Source of the DNA: a bacterium
GTDB lineage: Bacteria > Margulisbacteria > Marinamargulisbacteria > GCA-2716485 > JAYNIM01
Direction of reading: 5' to 3'
Assembly: GCA_038109055.1 (NCBI GenBank)
Contig: JAYNIM010000004.1
Coordinates: 57,079 to 121,078, forward strand
DNA length: 64,000 nucleotides
How positions within the stretch are numbered: position 1 is the stretch's first letter; each line of letters starts with the position of its first letter. A program made the position numbers and the translations under genes. Positions 37,162 to 47,674 of the stretch are shown one piece after another. The notes under the pieces are model-generated. The model made no database searches. It was given only the letters and a program-made list of their open reading frames with translations, and was not told the DNA's origin.

Positions 37162-38265
37162 ATGTATGCAAAAATTATAGAAACTAAAAGCGGATTTTCA
37201 CGCTTACAACATGATTGGACACGATTACAAACAATAGACCCAGACGTCAGCTATTATTCAACCTTTGAATTTTTACATACGTGGTGGCAAACGTTTAAGA
37301 AACATAAAACCTTATTTATTATTTGTGTTTATCACAATAATGCGGTTGTAGGTATTATGCCATTATATTTTGAAACTCGCCGTCATATTGGTTTATTCTC
37401 ATGTAAGGAATGTAAATTTTTAGCATCTGGTCTTTCTGATTTTTTCTCTGTTCTTATAGATAAGTCCATCAATGCTGACAATAAAATCTTTAATTGTATG
37501 ATGAGTACCATAGAAAAACATCACCTAAAGTGGGATAGGCTGTTGTTAATACAAATGGATAGCCAGACTGCTTTTTCACGTTATTTACTAAAGCATCAAA
37601 CATACGCCCCACTTTTCTCGTTTCATCTGGAAAATCCTTATCTGAATTTATCTGAATACGAGAATTTTTCTGCGTATTGCAAAAAACATGTCTCAAAAAA
37701 TATGAATTGGAGAATAAACAAGTTACAACGAGATGAACCTTTTAATTTTAATGTATCAACTAACAACCAATCCCCATTGCTTGATGAGATTAAACAGTTA
37801 CATCTGGCTACATGTCGTTATAGAAATAAGCACCTTCCTTCTATGGCAAAAAAATATATATCTGTTTTCTCAAATAAGACTATGAATTGTTTTTTTAATG
37901 CTCTCTACTCGAATAATTGCCGTGTTTTAAATTTCACTATTAGACATCAAAAGACAGATGAATTAATGGCTTATAATTCATGTTATATTTATAACTCAAC
38001 TGTCTATATGTGGAATACATCTTATAATGTAACGTATGACTCGTATCACTTAGGTAAAATAATTAACTATAAGATCATTGAACATTGCTTTGACAATGAT
38101 CATGTCTCTGTTTTTGACTTTGGCGCGGGCAAGTATCCATGGAAATTTGAGTGGACCGATACATTCAAACCTATGTATAAACTTGAAAAATGGACCTGCG
38201 TATCGTTAAAAAACAAACTATTACCCATGTTGAATAAAACAAAGACCTTTATTTCAACTCTTTAA
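37162..38265 (+). CDS. GNAT-family acyltransferase of the polysaccharide-locus (CelD/BcsL-like) type
   Basis: WW..F, VGIMPL, SDF, FDFGAGKYPWK..W; start placed at ATG 37162. Confidence 0.8.
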   Translation: MYAKIIETKSGFSRLQHDWTRLQTIDPDVSYYSTFEFLHTWWQTFKKHKTLFIICVYHNNAVVGIMPLYFETRRHIGLFSCKECKFLASGLSDFFSVLIDKSINADNKIFNCMMSTIEKHHLKWDRLLLIQMDSQTAFSRYLLKHQTYAPLFSFHLENPYLNLSEYENFSAYCKKHVSKNMNWRINKLQRDEPFNFNVSTNNQSPLLDEIKQLHLATCRYRNKHLPSMAKKYISVFSNKTMNCFFNALYSNNCRVLNFTIRHQKTDELMAYNSCYIYNSTVYMWNTSYNVTYDSYHLGKIINYKIIEHCFDNDHVSVFDFGAGKYPWKFEWTDTFKPMYKLEKWTCVSLKNKLLPMLNKTKTFISTL

Positions 38266-39251
38266 TTCTTAAACGTATCTATTATTTGTTGATTACCAGA
38301 TAATTTATTTTTTAAATGTGCCACACGACACCAATTGCATATTCCATGCCTGGGTAAAAATAATAAATCATTTGTTATCTTTGTAGAATGAGCCTCTGTT
38401 GTAAATGCTGCTTTTATTTTACATTCTTTTAATACATGACTCTTTTTTTTATTGAATAACCCGTTTGGATACGCAAAAAAAGACAAGGGGTGTTTAAGAT
38501 GTTTTTTTAGTTCAGTTATATTATCTAAAAGTTCTTTTTCACATTCACTTTCATCTAATGCTGCAATGGATGTATGGGTATGGGTATGGGCTGCAAAACG
38601 TACCAATCCTGAATTTTCCATTTCTTGACATTCTTCCCATGTGAGCCAATGCTTTGGAATGTTTACTTTTTTTACCATTTTTCTTAGTTGAATCAAGAAA
38701 CATTCTCTTTTGCTAAAGGCTAAAGGAAGTATTATTTCAAATGCTTGCTTATAGGCCTGCTCTAGTGAATCTAAAGAAAGAACCTGCTCCTCATCCATTA
38801 TGATATGCGTGTTATTCTTTCGAATCTCTTCTAGTAAAAACAATAATTCAACATGCCAAAAAGGTTTTTGATGACTTACATTATACGTATTCAAAAAGAT
38901 TGTAATGGGTATCTTTCTTGACTTAATAATAGGAAAAAGTGTGGTATAGTTGTCCTTCCAGCCATCATCAAAAGAAATGCTTAACATTTTTTTTTGTCGT
39001 GTCATCATGTTGCTTTCTTTTAATGTAAGAACAAAGCTGTTTAATGGCACAATATCGTAGTGATCAATTAAGTAATCTAAATGCTTTTCAAATTGCTTAA
39101 CGCTGACTGGTGAATTTGCAAGCAAAGGATGCAGGGCCTTATCTTGTATTGCATGATAATAAATATGCTGAAAATGATTATCTTCATGTTTACTTTCAGG
39201 TAGTAAACATGCCATTGCTTCATGCAGTACACGATTTAAAAGCCTTTTCAT
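38262..39251 (-). CDS. Polysaccharide deacetylase (CE4/NodB)
   Basis: YYH, ISFDDGWKDNY, AHTHTH, FAYPNG. Confidence 0.88.
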   Translation of the reverse strand: MKRLLNRVLHEAMACLLPESKHEDNHFQHIYYHAIQDKALHPLLANSPVSVKQFEKHLDYLIDHYDIVPLNSFVLTLKESNMMTRQKKMLSISFDDGWKDNYTTLFPIIKSRKIPITIFLNTYNVSHQKPFWHVELLFLLEEIRKNNTHIIMDEEQVLSLDSLEQAYKQAFEIILPLAFSKRECFLIQLRKMVKKVNIPKHWLTWEECQEMENSGLVRFAAHTHTHTSIAALDESECEKELLDNITELKKHLKHPLSFFAYPNGLFNKKKSHVLKECKIKAAFTTEAHSTKITNDLLFLPRHGICNWCRVAHLKNKLSGNQQIIDTFKN

Positions 39252-40171
39252 GTTTTTGACCTTATACTACGCCAACACGCTCTAAGGGAAATTTTAAAAA
39301 ATGTCATCATAAAAAATAAAGCTCTTGGCCATAAATATATCCTTTTTATCTTTATTACAGCTGCTAAATAGTTTAATAGTCTTTTATCAGTTTGTAAGCG
39401 TGCATAGACTTTCTTAAGTTTATTGTTATCTATACTTTTGTTCAATGCATCATGATAACAAGACATCATTGGCATATGCTTAAATTTATTTAGAGAATAC
39501 AAGGTATCATCTACCAAGGCCTCTTTAAAGCGATTCGAGCAATTATCTATATGCCAACGCGTTTCTCCAAGCGGCTGATCTAAGAACATGGCCTTGTGCT
39601 GCATGAGTATACGCATAAACAGATCATAATCATTGCAATACAAGACTTTTTCATCAAAGACATAATCTAATTTATCTAAACAAGATTTTCGAACTACAGC
39701 CATCAAAATACTCACTGGATAATGGTCTAGAGCTGCCTTAAAAACAAAACCTGAAGGCTGTTTTTCTTTAAAAAAAAGATACTTGCTCCCTCTCACTACA
39801 TTATTGATATATTCATTCCCATATAGAATACTCAAATCGGGATCCTGGACAAAATGTGGGACTTGGGTGGCTAATTTTTCTGGATACCACACATCATCAC
39901 AGTCTAGAAAGGCGATTAATTCGCCTTTTGCATGAGAAAAGGCCTTGTTTCTAGCGATGGCCAAATTGCTGTGTTTATCCGCTAATATATAGCGTAAACG
40001 TTTATCGTAAGACTGGGCAATTTTGGCACTATTATCTGTGGATTGGTTATCATAAAAAATTATTTCCCAATTGGGATAGGTCTGTGCATAAGCGCTATCA
40101 ATGGCTTCTTTTAAGTATTTGTCTGAATTGTAGCAATTCATGATAATGGATATGAGTGGACTTTTGGCCAT
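39248..40171 (-). CDS. GT2 family glycosyltransferase
   Basis: ISIIMNCYN, QTYPNWEII..DNQSTD, ARN, FLDCDD. Confidence 0.92.
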   Translation of the reverse strand: MAKSPLISIIMNCYNSDKYLKEAIDSAYAQTYPNWEIIFYDNQSTDNSAKIAQSYDKRLRYILADKHSNLAIARNKAFSHAKGELIAFLDCDDVWYPEKLATQVPHFVQDPDLSILYGNEYINNVVRGSKYLFFKEKQPSGFVFKAALDHYPVSILMAVVRKSCLDKLDYVFDEKVLYCNDYDLFMRILMQHKAMFLDQPLGETRWHIDNCSNRFKEALVDDTLYSLNKFKHMPMMSCYHDALNKSIDNNKLKKVYARLQTDKRLLNYLAAVIKIKRIYLWPRALFFMMTFFKISLRACWRSIRSKT

Positions 40172-40202
40172 TTTTACTGATATTGCTTAATTTGCGACAT
40201 CC

Positions 40203-40670
40203 CTATCGATCAATACGTGACCAATCATAATTGATCAGATCATTTTTATGTGGGTCTAATCGAATCATTTCATCTCGCGGCAACTGATCATGAGGAATAT
40301 TAGGGGCGCTGGCAAGAATGGCTGTGGATGTAAGGCCTTTATGTCCATTAAATACTCCTGGTGGAATAATGACTAATTGATAGTTATCTTCACCTATAAA
40401 AAGCTCCATTATGTTGCCTTTTGTTGTTGAATTTTCACGTGGATCAAATAATACCAATTTTATCATCCCTACTACCACACAATAATTTAACGTTAATTGT
40501 TGATGTTGATGCCACCCTTTGATGGCTGATTGATAAATTTTTGAAAAATAAATTTCACCAAATTTTTTAAAATGTGGATCTGATGAACGTAGCATATGAA
40601 AGATACAGCCTCTTTCATCTGGAATTTTTTTTAAAGTTATTAGTTTAACACCCTCTATCTGTTTATTCAT
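40203..40670 (-). CDS. RmlC-like NDP-4-keto-sugar 3,5-epimerase (cupin)
   Basis: DERG, KGWHQH, DPR..S.T, IIPPGVFNG. Confidence 0.85.
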   Translation of the reverse strand: MNKQIEGVKLITLKKIPDERGCIFHMLRSSDPHFKKFGEIYFSKIYQSAIKGWHQHQQLTLNYCVVVGMIKLVLFDPRENSTTKGNIMELFIGEDNYQLVIIPPGVFNGHKGLTSTAILASAPNIPHDQLPRDEMIRLDPHKNDLINYDWSRIDR

Positions 40671-41698
40671 GATTGAAAATTTAGTGCAGTATCAATGGTT
40701 CTTGCCTCAATTAATGCTTTTATTTTGCTAATACGATTAAAACTATTCCCACAAAATTTTTCTGTGCTCAATTCTGTCGATTGATAAATGGCTCTTAATT
40801 CTTCGATTCCATCTGCCAATGTCCAATTACACTTATAGTTTAATTGCTTGTTTAATTTATCAAATGAAACATGGTAATCGCGCGTGTCATTGGCTTGCTT
40901 TTGTTTAATCGAAATGCTGCAGTTTGGATAAAACTCTTTGACTTTATTTGCAATGTCTTTTACCTGATAATTTTCACTATTATCGCCCACATTAAAGGCT
41001 TGGTTATGGATAATCGATTGAGGCGCATCAAGTACAGCTATCATGGCATCACATATATCTTGAATATGAACCAAAGGTCTATATGGAGTTCCATCACCGA
41101 GAATTTTAATTTCATTTTCTGTTTCAGCATAACCCACTAAATTATTCACCACAATATCAAAGCGCATTCTGGGTGAAAAACCGAAGGCTGTGGCATTTCT
41201 CATAAAAATGGGTGAAAACGAATCATCTGCTAATAACTTAATATCATTTTCTGCTAATATTTTAGCCTCTCCATAGGCTGTTTGTGGGTTTGCCGGGCTC
41301 TCTTCTGTTAATTGATTACCTTCACCTTGACCATATAATGAGCAAGAGCTTGCAAATATGAATCGCTTACAGCCTAATGATTTTAATTTTTTTGCTAAAT
41401 TTACTGAGGCGAGATGATTAATATCATAGGTTATTTGTTTATTTAAATTTCCTAATGGATCATTACTGAGTGCTGCAAGATGGATACATGCATCTACGCC
41501 AAGATCTAAGTCTTGTGCTGAAAGATATCGGATATCTTTTTTAATTAAGTGGTAGTCTTTTATATTGGATTGATTTAAATTTTCATCTGCGTAAAAGCCT
41601 GTATCGATTCCAATGACATCATATCCAATGGCTAGGAGTTTATGTGCCATAATTGTACCTATGTATCCTTGAGATCCCGTTAGAAGTATTTTTTTCAT
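40667..41698 (-). CDS. NAD-dependent sugar epimerase/dehydratase
   Basis: TGSQGYIG, HLAALSND, ASSCSLYG, YGEAK, RFDIVVN. Confidence 0.9.
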   Translation of the reverse strand: MKKILLTGSQGYIGTIMAHKLLAIGYDVIGIDTGFYADENLNQSNIKDYHLIKKDIRYLSAQDLDLGVDACIHLAALSNDPLGNLNKQITYDINHLASVNLAKKLKSLGCKRFIFASSCSLYGQGEGNQLTEESPANPQTAYGEAKILAENDIKLLADDSFSPIFMRNATAFGFSPRMRFDIVVNNLVGYAETENEIKILGDGTPYRPLVHIQDICDAMIAVLDAPQSIIHNQAFNVGDNSENYQVKDIANKVKEFYPNCSISIKQKQANDTRDYHVSFDKLNKQLNYKCNWTLADGIEELRAIYQSTELSTEKFCGNSFNRISKIKALIEARTIDTALNFQS

Positions 41699-41735
41699 TA
41701 TTTATTATAGTACTAAATAATTGTTCTTTGATCGA

Positions 41736-42536
41736 CTAAATATCTACTCGATGATTGCTGAGAGGGATTCCACCTGCTCTATTTTTGTTCATCTGATCTG
41801 GCCATTCCCTGCATAAGGCCTCTTTGTCTCTGAGCGTATCCATGCATCGCCAGTAACCTGGATGATGATAGGCACTTAATTGGGCTTCTTTTGTGAGTTG
41901 CTCTAGGGGTTCTTTTTCTAAAATCATTTGATCATTTTCAATATAATTAAATATTTGAGGCTCAAAAACAAAAAAACCACCATTAATCCAGCCTTCATCT
42001 GCTTGTGACTTTTCTACAAAACGGGTCACCTGATCACCGTCTATCGTTAAGGCGCCAAATCTTGCTGCTGGTCTAACAGCTGATACTGTGGCCAAACGTT
42101 TAGCTGTCTGATGTTTTTTAATCAACTCAGGTATATTGATGGTTGCCAAGCCATCACCATAGGTCAACATAAAGGGCGCTGATTCCAAATGGGGCTTTAA
42201 ACGCAGCAATCGTCCTCCCGTCATGGTCTCTTGTCCTGTATCAATGAGGGTTACCGACCACTCTTTTTTAACAGGGTTTAAGATTTTAACATCGCCACTT
42301 TTAAGCGTGATAGTCATGTCATTTTGTCGCTTATGATAATTTAAAAAGTAATCTTTGATCATGTCCCCTTTATATCCCAAGGCAATATAGAAATCATTAA
42401 AACCAAAATGACTATAAATGGTCATAATATGCCAAATAATAGGAAAACCCCCTATGTCTACCATGGGTTTGGGCTTATGAACGGTCTCTTCGGCTAAACG
42501 CGTGCCTTTTCCCCCAGCAAGTATGACGACTTTCAT
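41736..42536 (-). CDS. rfbF: Glucose-1-phosphate cytidylyltransferase
   Basis: LAGGKGTRLAEET..KPKPMV, DTG.ETMTGGR, TYGDG, WINGGFFV, CMDTLRD. Confidence 0.93.
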   Translation of the reverse strand: MKVVILAGGKGTRLAEETVHKPKPMVDIGGFPIIWHIMTIYSHFGFNDFYIALGYKGDMIKDYFLNYHKRQNDMTITLKSGDVKILNPVKKEWSVTLIDTGQETMTGGRLLRLKPHLESAPFMLTYGDGLATINIPELIKKHQTAKRLATVSAVRPAARFGALTIDGDQVTRFVEKSQADEGWINGGFFVFEPQIFNYIENDQMILEKEPLEQLTKEAQLSAYHHPGYWRCMDTLRDKEALCREWPDQMNKNRAGGIPLSNHRVDI

Positions 42537-42543
42537 AGTTGCA

Positions 42544-42549
42544 AGTATA
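42544..42549 (-). promoter_or_regulatory. -10 box (TATACT) 7 nt before the rfbF start
   Basis: Minus strand reads agTATACTtgcaactATG. Confidence 0.55.
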
Positions 42550-42607
42550 CTAAAGTTGCCCGATTAAATCGATATGTGTGTCGTGCTATGCGATCAATGC
42601 CCTACTG

Positions 42608-43312
42608 CTACAATCGTATAAATTCTATCCCACTAATATATTTTGAATTTCTGGAAACCCGAAATGGAAATTGATTAGATATGTAATGTGCGTCAACATC
42701 ATGTTGATAGTCATACTTCAATTCTAAGATTGTATTGGGGTCTACGGTCATAAAGCTTTCAGATATATTGGTATTATTATCAATCCTAAAATAATTTAAA
42801 CTGTCGTCAACTGTCACTCGAAATTTTTTATCGAATGACAAAAAATATCTACGCTCATACCTATTTAGCAAGGTCATTTCTAAGGTAAATAACTCTTGTC
42901 GAATAAGTTCAGGAATAGTTGATTGCAATAATAACTTTTTAATATCCATAATATTTGTTTGGTCTGTAAAATTAAACGAAGGCAGCAAAAATGATTGTTT
43001 GGTCCCTGTTAAACCATGTTTACTTTTAATTTCTAATGTCGCTTGAATCTGACCATACATCTCACCATACCATCGTAGACGCACTTTTTTTCTATTGGCT
43101 ATTCCGGCTACATTTTCACGATAAAATTTGTAATCTATAGAATCAAAATAAATATTATTGATTTTTCTTTGACGATAAATTTCACGAAATAAACTTGGAT
43201 GTACCGAAAGAAGATAATAAATCGATGATTTATATTCTCTAGTTACAACGAACTTTCTTTCATAGCGTGAAAGCGAGTTATTTTTTGCTGGCTTTCCCAT
43301 AAACTTTTCCAT
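42608..43312 (-). CDS. VTC (polyphosphate polymerase) domain protein, CYTH/TTM tunnel fold
   Basis: RYERKF, KVRLRWY, LEIK, YERRYF, FRVTVD, ILELKY, SKY; start may be ATG 43300. Confidence 0.85.
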   Translation of the reverse strand: MEKFMGKPAKNNSLSRYERKFVVTREYKSSIYYLLSVHPSLFREIYRQRKINNIYFDSIDYKFYRENVAGIANRKKVRLRWYGEMYGQIQATLEIKSKHGLTGTKQSFLLPSFNFTDQTNIMDIKKLLLQSTIPELIRQELFTLEMTLLNRYERRYFLSFDKKFRVTVDDSLNYFRIDNNTNISESFMTVDPNTILELKYDYQHDVDAHYISNQFPFRVSRNSKYISGIEFIRL

Positions 43313-45848
43313 ACAATACCGATTTTACTTTTTTGGTCGTTGCTTTAATGGCTTGTTCATTGATAAACAACACAGACTTATCTTCAACTAGTGCTCGTGT
43401 CTTTAGATTATCTTCACTAACGTTTGTTACCCGTATGGTACCTGGCCCATAGGCTGACTTTTTTTGAAATACTACAAAGCCAAGGTTTGCAGAAACAACG
43501 GCAACAGACTCTGCGTTAATATAAGAGCCATCCTTACTTGCTAGGGCAATTTCTGAATCGTAAATAGAGATCTGTTTTCCTGTTATTTCACTATTTTCTC
43601 CAGAGCTAATCCCTTTATCTCCAGCACTCTTTATATAAATCTCTTTTAAATTAACTTGGGCACCTGAGACATCAATGCCATCATTACCTGCCTGGTAGAT
43701 CTTAATATTCTTCATCACACCATTTGAAAAATCAATATCAATTGCATCAGAATAGCTATGGTTAAATTCGCTATTTTTCAACTCAAACTTTGATCTGACG
43801 ATATTTAACATATCTTCTGAATGATTATTTGAAAACATGCAATTCTCAATTGTGACTGGAGATTCGTAAAATGTCACCGATCCGGTCAGATCCCATAATT
43901 GATGAGACGGGTTTGCTACGTTATCAAAATGGACATACCTTAATTCAGACTGTTTTTTTGCCTTTATTACAACCAGCCCGCGACCATTTTTAATCCGGAT
44001 AGGCTTATCAAAAGATCCAATAAATTTTATGGGGCCTTTAGAAAAAATCATCGCTTCTTTTTCAAGAGTTAAAACCAACCCTTGATAGGCATGTAAGGTG
44101 TAATTCTCAGGAATGATTAAGGGCTTATCTAATACCCAATGTCCAGACTTTATGATTATTTTTTTTTCAACATCATCTTTTATGATAAATGGAAATTGAT
44201 CACTATTTCCCTTTTGACGAATAAAATCATGTCGAACAAAATTATTTTCAATTCGTGAATATGGAAAAATAGAGGATTGATGCACTTTTTTGCTACCAAG
44301 TAATCGATACATTACCTGAATATCATCTACACGCTCTATTTTTTTATTGGATACATTAACGTTATACTCCCGATATGCTGTGAACTCCCCTTTTTTTAAA
44401 CCATTGATAATAAGTGGTTTTGACGGTATATGTTGCCATTCTCCATCGACTACTATTTTTAATATCTCTATAGGAAATATCTGATTATTACCTATAGATA
44501 ATTGCAGGTTATTTACTTGTTGATCTTGGAGATATATGTTTAATGGTCTAATTGGATTAAGCGCGTTTTGAATCAATGCCTGATTGATATAAAAATTTTT
44601 AATCTTAACCGCCATCATTGGAAACTCTTTGTATAAAATATTTTTATTTTTATTAAACTCTTTTTCTATTGATTCTAAAAAACTATCCAAATAGTCTCTT
44701 GAAGAAAACTTTTCTAAATACGACACATACGCTTTTACATAGGCTGTGTCAGAGTATAGGGCAGATAGGTTCTTAATGATGTTACCTGGTTTAGCATCAA
44801 ATCCTATTGGCATTAACTTGGATAAAATCGGATTATAATAAAATCGCATGTTATGCATCGAACTTCCATGTTGTCCACCAAGCACATCTGAAATCGCATA
44901 ATGTGCGGCCAATGTATCAATGTCAAAGGCCTCCGATACACGTATTTTTTCTTTTCGAAACAACTCTAATAATTGATAGGCGGCTAAAAACTGTTTTTTA
45001 AGTATCGGATTATTTATATTTTTTTTTGTTTGAAAAACGTCGGGAAAACCTCCATCATTCACACTAATACTCGAATACCACAAGGGGGGGCCTCCATTAG
45101 AATTCATTTTCTTTACAGGTAAAGAAATTTTCATTTCAAACATAATATCTTCGTTCTCTTTCACAATGGGACCTTCTTTCATGCCTTGTCTTTCAAGTAA
45201 ATGCTTATCAAAATGTTCTTCAACGGCATATATACCTAAGGACTTACCGTTTAGTTGCAATGTTATAAATTGATAATTTAAATTTAATACACCTTCTTTT
45301 TGTAACAATTTATGAAATAACCATTCATGGATATAGCCTCTGGTCTTTGGATGTTGTAAAGAAAACTTTGTCATCCCCATAATGGTTTTGTTATCCAAAA
45401 CCTTCACTCTAAATGACCATTTTTCTCCTTGTAAATGATCCAGAAAGTCGCCTTTTAAGCGTAATTTTACTGAATACTTTTCTCCATTATATAGAATTAT
45501 TGCCGGCACATAATCATCAGAATTAGCCACTAATATACCGGCCTTTAATGCAAGATTTCGTTTATATTCTAACTTTTTAAGGTCTAAAAACTTAATATCT
45601 ATTGATAAATGCTCCGGATGAGATAGCTTTCCTTTAATATAATTACCCACAACATTTACTCTAAAGAATAATGCGTTCTTCAACGTACCAATATGTTCTT
45701 TTCTATGTATATCTGCACCAACTATTAGCATTGCTCCTGTATAGATGCAAAGCACAAAAAAACTTGCCGCAAGGACAATCTTTCTTTTTATCAACTTGCT
45801 TTTTATCTTTTTTAAAGGGTGCTTTTTTTCTGCTTTTTTAATGATCAT
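43278..45848 (-). CDS. CotH-family atypical kinase with N-terminal membrane anchor and C-terminal beta-helix
   Basis: Lys-rich N-terminus plus TM helix; RLKG..DHL..KWSFRVK, GIYAVEEHF, HNMRFYYNP..PIGFD; C-terminal repeats DMLNI, DAIDID, DGIDVS, DKGISS. Confidence 0.8.
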   Translation of the reverse strand: MIIKKAEKKHPLKKIKSKLIKRKIVLAASFFVLCIYTGAMLIVGADIHRKEHIGTLKNALFFRVNVVGNYIKGKLSHPEHLSIDIKFLDLKKLEYKRNLALKAGILVANSDDYVPAIILYNGEKYSVKLRLKGDFLDHLQGEKWSFRVKVLDNKTIMGMTKFSLQHPKTRGYIHEWLFHKLLQKEGVLNLNYQFITLQLNGKSLGIYAVEEHFDKHLLERQGMKEGPIVKENEDIMFEMKISLPVKKMNSNGGPPLWYSSISVNDGGFPDVFQTKKNINNPILKKQFLAAYQLLELFRKEKIRVSEAFDIDTLAAHYAISDVLGGQHGSSMHNMRFYYNPILSKLMPIGFDAKPGNIIKNLSALYSDTAYVKAYVSYLEKFSSRDYLDSFLESIEKEFNKNKNILYKEFPMMAVKIKNFYINQALIQNALNPIRPLNIYLQDQQVNNLQLSIGNNQIFPIEILKIVVDGEWQHIPSKPLIINGLKKGEFTAYREYNVNVSNKKIERVDDIQVMYRLLGSKKVHQSSIFPYSRIENNFVRHDFIRQKGNSDQFPFIIKDDVEKKIIIKSGHWVLDKPLIIPENYTLHAYQGLVLTLEKEAMIFSKGPIKFIGSFDKPIRIKNGRGLVVIKAKKQSELRYVHFDNVANPSHQLWDLTGSVTFYESPVTIENCMFSNNHSEDMLNIVRSKFELKNSEFNHSYSDAIDIDFSNGVMKNIKIYQAGNDGIDVSGAQVNLKEIYIKSAGDKGISSGENSEITGKQISIYDSEIALASKDGSYINAESVAVVSANLGFVVFQKKSAYGPGTIRVTNVSEDNLKTRALVEDKSVLFINEQAIKATTKKVKSVLYGKVYGKASKK

Positions 45849-45868
45849 TCATAAGCTTGTTAAAACTG

Positions 45869-46555
45869 TTAACTTGTTAAAATACCCGAATTATCTATGA
45901 AATTTACAGCCAATGTAGGAAATCTTTTTTTCATTACTTGTTTAAGTGCTATAAGTTCTTTGTATGACTTAATATCAATACTTATTGCCGATTCAATATG
46001 GCCAGCATCTTCTGATAAACGTTTTAAATTAATTAATTCACTGTGTTCACTTAAAACATTGATAACATCATCAATATTGATCGTATTAGGCTTATTTGAT
46101 GACAATACCAAATGTAAATGTTGTGCTGAGGATTCTTCAAATAGTTTATTTTTCACTAACATCAATACCCCTATGATCAAAACACCAACACAGGTCACCT
46201 TTACTTGACCGGCACCTAAACCTAAGCCAATTGCAATCGCTAAAAATGCGACTGTCAATTCTTCTGGCTCTTTTAACGCTGTTCTGAATCTAACAATTGA
46301 TAAGGCCCCCACTAATCCAAGTGATAAGGCTAGTGATGATTTCACGATCGTAATAATTAGCATCGTTGTCATCGTTAGCATCATCAGATTTTGTGCAAAA
46401 AGCTTTCGATTAGATAAACTTCGACCGTATTTAATATATAACTGACTAAGAATAAACGACAAAAAAAATGCTATTATAAGGTTCAAACAAAAACCAACTA
46501 TAGGAATTGAACTTGTTGAATGGGTTAAGAACTTTTCAAATAATGTTTTATCCAC
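45869..46555 (-). CDS. DUF4956 family membrane protein
   Basis: Signature LSLGLVGALSIVRFRTALKEPEEL..FLAIAIGLG.G; several TM helices and a soluble C-terminal domain. Confidence 0.85.
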   Translation of the reverse strand: MDKTLFEKFLTHSTSSIPIVGFCLNLIIAFFLSFILSQLYIKYGRSLSNRKLFAQNLMMLTMTTMLIITIVKSSLALSLGLVGALSIVRFRTALKEPEELTVAFLAIAIGLGLGAGQVKVTCVGVLIIGVLMLVKNKLFEESSAQHLHLVLSSNKPNTINIDDVINVLSEHSELINLKRLSEDAGHIESAISIDIKSYKELIALKQVMKKRFPTLAVNFIDNSGILTS

Positions 46556-47643
46556 TTCTTCACTCTATCAAATACACCCACCTTTTTGAATCGTATTAAT
46601 AGAAAACCTCCAAATAGGGTCGCAAAGATTCCATAATAAAAATATTTATTCGTCAAAATATGAAGATGGAATACCCGATAAATAAATTTAGTCTTTGTTT
46701 CCTCAAACATCTTTTTCCAGTAAGTAGTGTTATATACGGTGATGTCTTTATTTGAGCGTTGATTAAATTGAGGAATTAATGGAATATGCTCAAAATCAAT
46801 TCTCTCTCCTGATACCTTTACCCTGACCAAGCTATCTGACGAAATCTCTGCTAATCCAGTGGCTATGTAGGTGATATTATTAACTTTATCAAAAAATATA
46901 TTTGCCGTATGGCCTAGTCCAACATCTCCACTAGCCCAATAAACATTTTTTTCGTCCTTAACTTTTTCAAGTAATGGTAATAGTTGTGATCTAAAATTAG
47001 TTTCTGGAAAAGAAGATGTCGAATTGGCATGCATGTTTTTATTTCTAATCAATACACTATCGCCTTGGAAAAATTGAAATTCAGGATGATCCGCCCATAT
47101 TAAATGATGAGAAAAAATAAATATATTTTTTATTAGTTTATTTTCCTCTAACATTTTTGACTTAAAAAACTCCCATTGTTTCCCTGAAATGTAACCGTGA
47201 TCTATTTGGGTATCTAAAAAAATAAACCTTGTTGAGTCAATATCAAATGAAAAGTATCGTTGTGCTCCGTAACGCTCATTATATAGTTCAGAGACATCAT
47301 GATTGCCCACCGCATTAAATATAGGCACCTTTACTTTTTCAGATACCAGAAAATCAAATAATTGAAATGCCTGCAAGTTATTAGGTCCTACTATATCTCC
47401 TAAAAAGACAAGCATTTTGGCTTCTTTATCTTGATTTATATAGTCAAGATTCATTAAAAGAGTTGTTGCAGGTAATATCTTTCCATCATAAGGTTGTCCA
47501 TATGCATGCCCTATGAGATAAAACGAGTACGGTTCTGGTGATTCTTTTTTGAGTGTTCGTTTATTGAAGGGAGAAATGGTCGTCCCCTCTAATTGAGAGC
47601 AAACCATTACACATATTAAACATAGTTTAATAATGATTTTCAC
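46525..47643 (-). CDS. Exported, C-terminally anchored calcineurin-like metallophosphoesterase
   Basis: Signal-like N-terminus; FLGDIV, VGNHD, FSHH; C-terminal TM YFYYGIFATLFGGFLLI then RFKK. Confidence 0.78.
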   Translation of the reverse strand: MKIIIKLCLICVMVCSQLEGTTISPFNKRTLKKESPEPYSFYLIGHAYGQPYDGKILPATTLLMNLDYINQDKEAKMLVFLGDIVGPNNLQAFQLFDFLVSEKVKVPIFNAVGNHDVSELYNERYGAQRYFSFDIDSTRFIFLDTQIDHGYISGKQWEFFKSKMLEENKLIKNIFIFSHHLIWADHPEFQFFQGDSVLIRNKNMHANSTSSFPETNFRSQLLPLLEKVKDEKNVYWASGDVGLGHTANIFFDKVNNITYIATGLAEISSDSLVRVKVSGERIDFEHIPLIPQFNQRSNKDITVYNTTYWKKMFEETKTKFIYRVFHLHILTNKYFYYGIFATLFGGFLLIRFKKVGVFDRVKKWIKHYLKSS

Positions 47644-47649
47644 GTGTTA

Positions 47650-47655
47650 ACTATA
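47650..47655 (-). promoter_or_regulatory. -10 box (TATAGT) 6 nt before the first gene of the phosphoesterase-DUF4956-CotH-VTC unit
   Basis: Minus strand reads agTATAGTtaacacGTG. Confidence 0.5.
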
Positions 47656-47674
47656 CTAACGTTATCTACTTAAA

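Noticed and set aside
43278..45848. Sporulation (spore coat) role for the CotH-like gene
   Set aside because: No sporulation genes in the window; CotH-like kinases are widespread in non-sporulating bacteria.
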